64,000 nucleotides of DNA, taken from Zygnema circumcarinatum SAG 698-1b (Eukaryota > Plantae > Zygnematophyceae). Positions 1 to 10,996 of this stretch are shown here, in pieces (position 1 is the first letter of the stretch; every line of letters begins with the position of its first letter). Position numbers and translations under genes: made by a program. Below the pieces are notes generated by a model. It had not been told where the DNA came from. It searched no databases and was given only the letters and a program-made list of their open reading frames with translations. The stretch covers positions 868,001 through 932,000 of the forward strand of contig CM074811.1 in the NCBI GenBank assembly GCA_037447605.1, in the 5' to 3' direction.

Positions 1-59
1 CTTAGAAATGTGCTGTTCTATTTAGTGCATTCTTATATTTTTTCCTTTGTCTGCTTCAG

Positions 60-3000
60 GATCTATTGCTTCGGGTGACCTTCACATTATCGATGGAAGG
101 GTTGGCCTTGTGCGACCTCACTGTAGCAGAGAAGTGAACTTTGTTTTTCAGCCATCCCTCGCGGGTAATTTCCGGGAGAAGCTCACTATCAATAACGTGT
201 ATGACCCGAGCAGTGATCAGGTTAGTCTCTCTGCTCCCTGTGAACCTCAATTTTTGGATACCCTAAAAAACTGCTAAGCAAGTTCCTTCGTTTGTTAACT
301 AATCAACAAACAGCAGGAGGCAATAGGAACGGTATGTTGATTTGAGTTATCATGCAAAGTAGGTCGAAGTGGAGGCTTGCGACTTCCTCACACACATGGT
401 TTTCTCCTTCCTCTCCTCGTTCCGCTCGTTGTCTGTCACCCATCTCTTTCATTCTCTGTCACCCATCTCTTTCATTCTCCTCCAACCCCCCATCCGCTGT
501 CTGTTTGGCCACGTCCCCCCTTTCTCTTCTTCTCCCACTCTTCTCCCTCTCTCTTCTTCTCCCACTTTTCTCCCTCTCTCTTCTTCTCCCACTCTTCTCC
601 CTCTCTTCTTCTCCCACTCTTCTCTCTTCCCCCACTCTTCTCCCTCTCTTCTTCTCCCACTCTTCTCCCTCTCTCTTCTTCTCCCACTCTTCTCCCTCTC
701 TCTTCTTCTCCCACTCTTCTCCCTCTCTCTTCTTCTCCCACTCTTCTCCCTCTCTCTTCTTCTCCCTCTCTTCTCCCTCTCTCTTCTTCTCCCACTCTTC
801 TTGTCCCACTCTTCTCCCTCTCTCTTCGCTTGCGCCTCTCCTACTCTCCCTTGCCTTTCCCCGCCCCGTCCCCCCTCTCCCTCTCTTCCCAGACCAATGC
901 CTTCACTCCCTCACACGTGCAGGTTGTGATTCTGAAGGCCACTGTTAGCAGAGCCGAGACTTTTGAGATAAGCACAGCTTTCCTGGAGATGGGTCCATCC
1001 CTTGTGGGAGAGTGGTCCTCTCCGCAGCCTTTGATAGTCACAAACATAAGTAAGCAGTCCCGGGAGTTTGTATTGAAGGCTTCCGATATTGCAGAAGCAG
1101 AGAACAATTCAAGGGGAATATGGGGGCAAGCTTTCATGGAAGTATTTCCGCGGCTATCATTCCAGTTGAAGGATAAGGTAGTAATGAACAAAATGGAGGC
1201 AACTCCGGAGCAGGAGGCAATAGAGGCATTAGAGAGAAAGTTTACTGCTTATGAGAGGAAAGGGAAGGTTGAAAAGGCAGCAAAGGTACGGAAACAGATT
1301 GAGCAGCTTCTCTCACAGAGTCAAAGTCAGGGTTCAAAGGTTCAGGAGTCGGAAAGTGATACCAGAAATGGGAGCAAAACAATGGCGATTTCTTTGGAGT
1401 ACAGAGAAGAAAGTAGAGATAAGAATGCTGGAAGGACTGGAGACAAAAATGTTCCTCGGAGTCACCAAGCAACTGCTCCTTTTGTTGAAAACAAAGGGGA
1501 AATTTCACGGCAAGGAAATGCACTACAGCTGGGAATGTTCGGAATTGATCATTCTAAAGGAGCAGGTGGTCAACCAAAGCCATGTGAAGGAAGCATCTCC
1601 TTCGTGGTTAAGCCTAACGAGTCACAGGTTTGTGAATCTGAAAGAATGCGAAAGCTTTAAATATACTAACCACTCATTGTGAGCAAATTTCGTTTCAGAC
1701 TTTACTTCAGTGGTGTCACCTTTTTCCTTTTTTGAAAATATTGGCTATTTTCAAGCTTCACTTATATATATATTTTAAGCAGACTAACCTTACCCTGCCC
1801 CCATTTTCTTTTCTTTTCCGCTGTACAGGTTGTACTTGTGAAGTGCCTTCATAGTTTCATGGAAGAGCCGAATGGCATTCAACGCGTGGAGGGCAATTTT
1901 TTGGCGTATGAGAGCAAAAATCAAGTGAGTCTGCCGGATAATCTCGATCAGATAAACGGATTTTGGGACTTTAGCAATCGATTGCATGGTTGAACCCACT
2001 GCATTCACGAGCAGTGCAATGAATGAGGTTAAAGCCTTAATTGCCCCTGAACTTTCTAAAACCTGTGAACCCTGAACCCTAGGAAATTTGTGGAACCGAG
2101 AACCTTTTTCAAGTTGTCTTGCACCCATAAACCCATGAAATCACCACTCCCTCTGAAGTATGCATTTGAGCCGACCTCCCTCCCTCCCTCCCTCCTCCCT
2201 CCCTCCTCCCTCCCTCCCTCCCTCCCTCCCTCCCTCCCTCCCTCCCTCCCTCCCTCCCTCCCTCCCTCCCTCCCTCCCTCCCTCCTCCCTCCCTCCCTCC
2301 CTCCCTCCCTCCCTCCCTCCCTCCCTCCTCCCTCCTCCCTCCCTCCCTCCTCCCTCCTCCCTCCTCCCTCCCTCCTCCCTCCCTCCCTCCCTCCCTCCCT
2401 CCCAGGATGTTATGAAGACAGTGGCATTTGGAGCCACTGTGTTTGCGGATTCCATCATGAGAGACCGAGTTGCAGCTGGAGATCAAATACCGGAAGTCCA
2501 TGGAGCAGTGAATGTGAGCCATTGGATCTCTTCTTTCCTGATCAGTTATGCACATGTCTCTTTTGTGTCGGTTCTCTTTTTTGTTACTTCAAGTGAGTAT
2601 CTACACTACGAACTTGACCCTGCATCTTTTCTCTATGTGGCAGCCATTGGTGAAAGTTTCTATGGCTTCTCCGAGTATTTCCTTCTCCGAGCAAAGCTCA
2701 GCCCCTACTTCACCCCACACTGTTAAGATTCCCGGAGGGCTATCTCCTCTGAACCCCTTCTCCCCAGAAGTGGGGTCTCCAAGGTCTCTCTCTGACTTTG
2801 TTGGCCCTCCCTCCCCTCTTCAGTGCCCTCCTTCTCCCCTCCCTCTCTCTCACAATGACCTCATTCCTCACTCTCTCCTTTCGTCTCTCGATGCTGCATC
2901 TGCGAGTGAAATTTGGGCACGTCAGCGAATTTTAAGTTGGGGTTTGGGGCAAGCAGAAGCAGCAGATGATGAGGGGCTGAACTATGTCCCGAGTGAGATT

Positions 3001-6000
3001 AGCAGCACAGCGGGAAGCAGACCGGAAAGCAGCACAGGGATTGACCAGTTTAACCATATTTTTGGCATAGAAATCAACCAACCCGGTAGACAACCTCTGC
3101 CAAGTTCAGTTGGGAATGACCAAGTTGTTGGAACTGACGAACAGTTCTATGACAATGATCGATTTTTAGACCTCTCCTCAGCTGCAGCTATGGCTAGAAG
3201 TATGGCTTCTAGGGTCCATTTAGGTACAAATGTAGGTCACTTTGGTGAGCTTGTTTTGGAAGATACTTTGGAGGGAGGAGTGGCCCTTGCAGGCAGTCTT
3301 ACGTTGACTTCGTTTTCATACCAAGATGAGTGGATAACTGTGCAGCTTTCATGGGATTCTAATATTTCTGACTCACAATTGTGGATAAGGGAACTTAATC
3401 AAAATGTTCGAGAATCAGTTGGAGGGGATGCTGCTATGGAGGGTTCAATTTTGAAAAATTTAGGTCAGAACAGAGAGGTTTCGCCCTCTAAGCAGCTTCC
3501 GTGGTTATCTCCAGAGGCTATGGTGGATATTGTTGGTAGCTCGTATTCACCAAGTGTGGACCGGATGGTATGCGTGGCAAATTTCTGCTTGAAGGCGGAA
3601 TCCATAGTCAGCTTAACTCTTCGAATTCCGGATAGTGGGAGAGCAGTGGATTCATTTGCAGTTCAAACTAATTCCAGTCTATGGGGAATGGAGACACATT
3701 CACAAGGGGAGGAGAGTATGGGCTTTTCTGCGGTAGGAATGCTCACTCTGAAGGCCGAGAGAGTGAAGGCAGGGAGGGAGAGGGAGCAGGGAGAGGGAGA
3801 GGGCAGAGAGAATAGGGAGGGTGCCATGAAGCAGGTCATATTGAGGCTAAAAAAGCCGGAAAAAATGCTTTCTGTGCAACCTTCCGAGATTCTATTTCCG
3901 GAATCTGACTTATTCACTGAGCTGCAGTCGGAGTTTTTCATTCGAAACCGGTGTGGAATACCTCTTGACTTTCGAATACGCGTTGGAGGAGTGGTGGGAG
4001 CCATCTCCACAGCGAGTATAGGGCAGAGGGAGAAGAGAGAGGATGAGAGTGAAAATGCAATGCAAGAAAGCAACTATCTTGCTCCGTTCTCAGCACCTGA
4101 AGTGCTATTTCCCACTCCCTCTATTGGCCATATTGACCCTTTTGGAACAGTGAAAGTGGAGCTGAAAGGCAACCCGGTGAAACCTGGAAGGCAGACATAT
4201 AATCTTCTTATCAGGAGTCAAATCTGCACAAAGGAGACTATTATTCCTGTAGTCATGCTTCCGAGAAAAGTTCCATGTGTTCGCTTTCCCGACTTAGCAG
4301 AGAACAATTCTCTCGATATGGGATACTGCTATCTCAACGGGCCGGATACTCGAAAAATAGTTCCTTTAAGGCTTGAAAATTTGCGTGAAGAGCCTATTTC
4401 ACTCACGTTTCGCTCAAACTTAGCGAAGCAAGTTTCATTATGTGAGGATGAGAAGGGAGAGAATCGGATAGATGAAGCAGTGGTTCAGGGTAAAGCTTTG
4501 AGAGTTTTTTATATGTGTTTGCGGCCGAGTGGAGAACCGGCTGTGTATGAGAACGGGCAGTGCAGAGAAATAATAGGAGGAATGAGAATTCTTGCACGAC
4601 CCTTAGGTGTAATGGAAGGAGGGGGGGAAACCCATTCAAGAGAGATGCCAATGGAAGAGGTGACTGTGAAATTTTGGGCTATGGTTGGAAAAAGTTTGAT
4701 GAGGGTTTCTTCGAGCTTTATAGACCTTGGAAGGGTTCAAGAAGTGGGGGGGAATGTGTCCGGTAATTTCACCGTATCGAATCCGAGTTCTAACATGCCT
4801 TTGGATATCTCTGTGAGAGCAAACTTGGCTACACTTTCCTTAGAGAAAATCCGTTTAACTGGCAGAGATAGCTCACCTTCTGAGGCAGGCAGAATGCAAC
4901 CGGAGGTTGCTATTGAATACTGCTTACCTATCATTCAATATGGGCTCATTCAAGATAAAGTCATCATCTCGAATCTCTCTTCTCCAGGGCATGATACGGA
5001 GGTAATGATCCAACTTTTTGTGGATGATTGCTCTGTTCAAGTCGATGTTAAAAAGGAGACTCCGACGAGGCCGGAAAAAAGCGAGTTTCTTCTTAAGGAG
5101 ATTGTAGATAGTAGTGGAGAGGGGTTGATTGAGAACGACCTTTCAGATTCGTCAAAACCGAAAAGCAGATCATCAATTACTTCATGTGATGATGGGGGGC
5201 ATACGACAACTGAAGGTGAGAGCTTCTGTGCGAAACCAATACTCAGTAGTTCAATAGAATTTTACAGATTCTGCCGTGGCTGATTCAAAGTTGAACTGAT
5301 TTTACAGATTCTGGGGTCGCTGATTCAACGGAACGGCAAGATGTGAAGCTTGAAGCTGTACCTTTGGTCGATTTGGGAGTTATCTGCATTTCTGCAACCC
5401 CCAAAGGTCCGGGTTTTGCCTCATGTTGCCACCCCTCTATGAAGGATTCGGGGGAGTATCGCATTGCAGATACTGTACCCTATCACACCTCTTTTGAACT
5501 TGTTTCTCACGTTTCTGAACCCATGAACATACTTCCGTTCAGTAACTTACCATTGCGAGTGAGCCCAGAGATGAATATGGATCATCCCCTTGACATTTTG
5601 GAGGAAACCGGAAAACCTTTAGATGCAGAGGTGAGTGAGGAAATCTTTGGTATTGTAAATGCATACGTGGCAGCTGCAGTGGAGTGTTCACAGAAGTACG
5701 AATGCTGTGGAAGTGGATTTGTGCTGCTTCCATATTCAAGGCTTACAATATATGTGAGATATTGCCAAGGGAAAGAACGTATGTCAGCAACCCAACATTC
5801 AAAACTTCGACTCGGAAAAGTCTGTCCCTTCAAAGGCTCGTTGCTTCTTGTAAATATGAAACCTCCAAATTTCTTAAACTTTCTGGAAGCTTCTAATGGT
5901 TCAGTTACTCAACATGCTGTTGGGGGGAAACTTCTAGACATGACAAATAACGTGACAGGTGGTGACGCAACGAGCACATGTATGGAAACTTTGGAAGTTG

Positions 6001-9000
6001 TACATTCAAAAAATTCCTCCAAGTCAAGTGATTTCTATGGGCGAGTGGTTGAAGTGCTCGAAGTGAAAGGCTTGTTAGGCATTTCGTGGGGCGAACTTGA
6101 GAAGTCGAAAGTGGATTTGGGAAAAATTGGGTACGCCAATCTATGGGGAGATGTACAATTTGAAGTCAAAATTCGGAACATCAGTTGCACGGAAGTAGTC
6201 TGCTGCTTAGAAAACCTCCAAGAACCCTTTTCTGTTGTCAGTTCGTGGAATTGTACTACTTCTGGGGAGGGTGGGAGAGAAGGGGGAGAGGCTTTTCTTG
6301 GACGCATTGCCCCGGGTTCTATGGCTACTGTTAAACTGATGCTGGAAACCACGAAACTGGAGCATACAAAGGAAGCTGGAAAACGGAAATGGATGATTCC
6401 GTTCCGTAACTGCAGCAATCCTGGAAATTTCATGGAATTGGAAGTGGAAGCGGAGATGACAGTGTGCATGTTACGGTTTAACGGACTCATGGAACGAGCC
6501 CTCCTTTTGCCACCCTTGACGATACCCTCACCTCCCTCCGCTCCATTATGTGCAGAATCATTCATAGTACGATTTCTATCTCTAATCTTGAGGTCTTTTG
6601 GTCTTGAATGCTGATTCTATCCCCCCAGCCTGTTTCTATTAAGACTATTTCTAACTCGCAACTGTAGTTGTGGTAGTCCACATCCTAACTCTAGAGCATA
6701 TACTAATGCTAGTTTTGGGTTTAACCTGATCCCAACCCTAATCCTGCCTTTAACCCTATCCCTAGTCAGCCATAGTCCTTTATTCTGAACTTGACCTTAA
6801 CTCGAACCCGAACTCTAACCCCAATTCTAAAGATGACTTGAATCCTCACTCTAATCCTCATCCTAATTCTCATTCTTATCCCATCGAAGAACCCTAAACC
6901 CTGAACCCATCTCCAGTTGCAATAAGCTCTACCCCTTCAATTTCTGAAGCCAAGAATGGATCCAATTAACCTTACCTTCAATATTACACCCCCGAAACAA
7001 TCACTTTGGTTATTCGGTGAGGTATTGAGGACTCTAAAGGTTCGTCGTTTTCTGATGATTTTGAGTTTGTTGGAACTTTGTGACTTCCATATAAATAAAT
7101 TCTAAGTTTTCTACACCTCGAGTGTAGCAGATAACAGCACTGCAGCTTCAAAGAAAGAAGCTTTTCACTAATTGTAGGTTTCCATATTGTCAATAACAGG
7201 TAGAAAATTTGGCTCAAGATTCGCTTGGCATAGCGCTCGAAGTGCGGACTTTACCAGTCGCTGAAGGCATTGTAAGTTGATCTTGACCATCATTACAAAA
7301 TAAAAACCCTAAAACCCTAAAAGCTTTGTGAAATCAGCTGCTTTCGTAACTAAAAACCTGCAACGGGAGCTGCATTTTATTCTATCACATTCATCTCTCT
7401 TCTTCAACCTGAGCAATGTGCAGGTGAAGTTGGAAGTCACCTCCAGAAACAACACTCCTTTTCTTCGCGAACTGAATCTATGTCCAAATGGTCGCATGGA
7501 AATCGTTCTCCGTGCTCGCCCAATTTCTGATTCCGCTCCCTCCGGCTGCAAAGTTCAACACACGAATTTTTTTTCCAGCCAACATGGAGAGAATTTTGGG
7601 AGAATAGGAATTTCTCGAAGTCGTAGTCGCCCTAATAGCCGACCTCGGAGCTTCTCTGACAGTTCCGCCATGGCTGATGGAATGGAAGCTCGAGCAGCAG
7701 TAGCAGCAGCAGCAGCAGGGGGAGTGAGAGAGAGAGAGGGGGTAGAGACCTTGGGAGAGAGGGTGGGAGAGGTCACTCGGAACGCGATCCTTGGGGACGA
7801 GACTAGCCGAGAGGTAGAGAAAGAAAGACAGAGAAGCGGAGAGAGAGAGAGGGAGAGAGAGAGGGGTGGCAGTGTTGGGTCCACCCTAGGCTATAGAGTG
7901 AAGAGGGGGGGTGGTGATGCAGGCGAAGAACATGAAGGAGGTCTCTTTTCAAACGAGACAAGCAGTAGAACAGATAGCCAGGAGATAAGCAGTCTTTCAG
8001 GAACTCTATGCATTGGCCACATCTTCGTATATTCCTCTCCTCACATGCCCCACTGCATCCCTGTTCACTGCCTCATCTTCCAAGGTCCATCCTTTGATGT
8101 TTCTCCCCATACTCTGCATCTGCAGGTGAGATTTCCGGCACACACGTGTGGAGAAGAGAGGGGATATGTGGGGGGAGATATTTGCCAGAGTGAGAGAGGA
8201 GAGTCCGGTAGCGGTAAAAATCTTATATCTGTCCATTGCAGCTTGAGTGTTCTGACCATAGAATTCTGACGGCTAAGAATTCTGAATTTTCCTCATTGTT
8301 GTTTGCAGGCACAAGTAGCATCAGTCGAAGATGAAGATGCTCTCCATACAAGTGTGCAATCTCACATGGATTTCCTCCAAATGCAGAATGAGAACGGAGA
8401 GGCAGATTCTGATGGATGTGGGCAGACCTTCGTGGTCCGAAACTTTCTTGCTTTCCAAACCCTAAATTTCAAACTTGAGGTTGTCCAGGAGACTCTGCCG
8501 GCCGGACTTAAGCTCTCAATACGAACAGACAAGGAGCAACAAGTTTCTACATGTGCAGATTCCGTGCAAGATGTTGGCATCTCCTTGTTCAGTGGAACTA
8601 TTTCTCCACATGGAACTGCAGAAGTGCAGGTCAAGGCGAAGCATTGGCCCCCAACCCAGCTCGAAAAGTTGCTTGAACAGTCGTCAGAAATCGACAGTTT
8701 AACGACCGTTGTCAGAACATGTAAAATCAGTGTAACGGATTACGCTCGCATGGGAAGGGAAGGAAGTGTTCAGTCTGTTTTGGTTAGAGTCGTTCCCTTC
8801 TTGAACCGTTCGCTCTCTCTCAGACAAATGCTGTCAAACTCAGAAGGAGAAATTCTCATTACTACTCCCAGAGCTGTACAACCGGGAGAGAAGGTTTCAG
8901 GGATGAATAGTAATGGAAATAATAGTAGTAACAGTAATAGTGGTCAGAAACAGCTGACCCTACTACCTGCTTCTTTGCCGACCCAAAACTCAAAACTCCC

Positions 9001-10947
9001 TCGAAGTACAAGTCCCGTTGAATTAAGGAGACCTCCAATTTTGCTTCTCCGTGGATGCACTCCGGTAGGTAGCAGCAATTTGTGCTACGAATTCAATCTT
9101 GGGCAGCAAAATCTGTCTACAAGTGGGGTACGGTGGGAGTTTGCGGTAGTGGGGGATGAGAATAGAACGACAGAATTCCGTCTGCATACATTGAATCCGG
9201 GAGACTCTCACTGGTTGACAATAAGTTCATTCGGAGCAGTATTGGAGGCAAAGCAGCAGGAGGTGGTTCAGTTGACTTTCTCTACTCGACAAATGGGTGA
9301 GTTAGAGTTACACTCCTCTTGCTATTGCAGCGGTAGGGTTCAGGGTTCAATTGAAAGCTTACATTCTGCTTATGGGTTTTATCCTATTTTTTAGGGGGAG
9401 TTTGTACCGTTTCCCACAAAATGTTGTCGCTCCTTTTTCAAATGAAGTGTTAGGAAAAACCTTTTTCCTCCTTTTTCTTTTCTCTCCCTCCACCTTTTTG
9501 ACTTGATTATTTCTTTTCCGTTTCCCTCAGGAGTGTTTTCCACGCACCTCATTGTGGAGAATCGGAACAATTCAGAAGATCTGAAAACAGTGAGGTTGAG
9601 TTTAGAGGTGACGGCACCACGGAATATTTGGCCGGACGCAAATGGAAAGCCCTTGTTCCATGTGTTGGTGCAGGGGAGCAGGTGCGTTGACCAGGGTTGA
9701 CTTCCTAAGGCTTTGCAAAATTTTGAGAAGTTTGTGGGGTTGGAGGATGTACTCAGAGCTACTTCTCGTGGATATGTAGTGTTCTCTCGGAGTTTCATGA
9801 GCATTTGAGGAATTTTTGGAGTCTCCTCTCACTCTTCCCCTCCTACCCTCCCCCTCCCACCCTCCCCTCTCCCTCCCATCCTCCTCCTCTCCCTCTCCCT
9901 CTCCCTCCTCCTTCCCCTCCCTCTCCCTCTCCCACGCCAATTCCCTCCCCCTGCACTCCCTCGTTGTCGCTCTCCGAATGCTCAATCTGCCTGCATGTTT
10001 GATTGCATAACTGCTCACATGGAAAAGTAATAAAAGACCAACGAACGTGAATGAGGAGGGAGTGCACAAAATTTCCTACACTCGTCTCTCTCATCGATTT
10101 CTCCCTCTTATCTTTCTCTCGCTCTCACCCCTACACTGCCTGCATGGCAGGGATGAGTCTGCTGAGATAGACATGGGAGAGGTCCACTATCACTTTTGGT
10201 ATCGCAACCGCTCCTTTGTGGTAGTGAACGATGCTCCCGTCGCCATGGAATTCCTTTTGGGGTCCACTCTCAACCCGGCGGAAGAGACGGAGCTCAACTT
10301 CTCCCTCTCCAATGCCTCTCTCAAACGCTTCAGCTCTCTCACCATTGAGGCCAAGAGCAGGTAATGGAGGGAAGGGAGAGGAGGGAAGGGAGAGGAGGGA
10401 AGGGAGAGGAGGGAAGGGAGAGGAGGGATGTTAGCCAGATGGAGAAAAGGCTCAAGGAGTGCTGAGAAGGGAGGAGGATGGAAGGTTTAGGGGGAGGGAG
10501 GGAGAAGGGAGGGGAGAGGCAGCGAGAGAGGGGACGGGAGGGGAAGGGAAAAGGGAGGGGAGAGCAGAGGGACGAAAGGAAAGGAAGAATCTGGAAGAAG
10601 CTTTTCTTTAAGTTTTCGAGGGTTTACGAGGGGTTTCTTGGGTTCTTATTAGCTAGATTTAACTAGGGATGCTATTCTTTCTTAGTTCAGCTCTCTAGGG
10701 TTTGTTCAAGCTTGAATAGAATTCCAACATTTTGTCGCCAACATTTTTTTCGTGCAGCATGCGTGTATGGATCCACTTCTGCCCGGAGCCCTCCCTCGAG
10801 CCCTCCCTCTCCCTCTCCCTCAGGGAGGACACCTCCGACCAATTGCAGGCCAGCATTCTCGTCAACTGCCGACTCGTCAAGGTCAGAATCCTCGTTTGGT
10901 TGCTCTCCTTCTTTACCAGAACATCTGCATATATATGTGTGTGTGTG

Positions 10948-10996
<49 letters not shown>

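Noticed and set aside
352-948. Overlapping ORFs of 107-198 aa in several frames on both strands
   Set aside because: Produced by the stop-free 27-bp CT minisatellite inside an intron.
2090-2596. Pro/Ser-rich and Gly/Arg/Glu-rich ORFs
   Set aside because: Translations of the intronic (CCCT)n tract.
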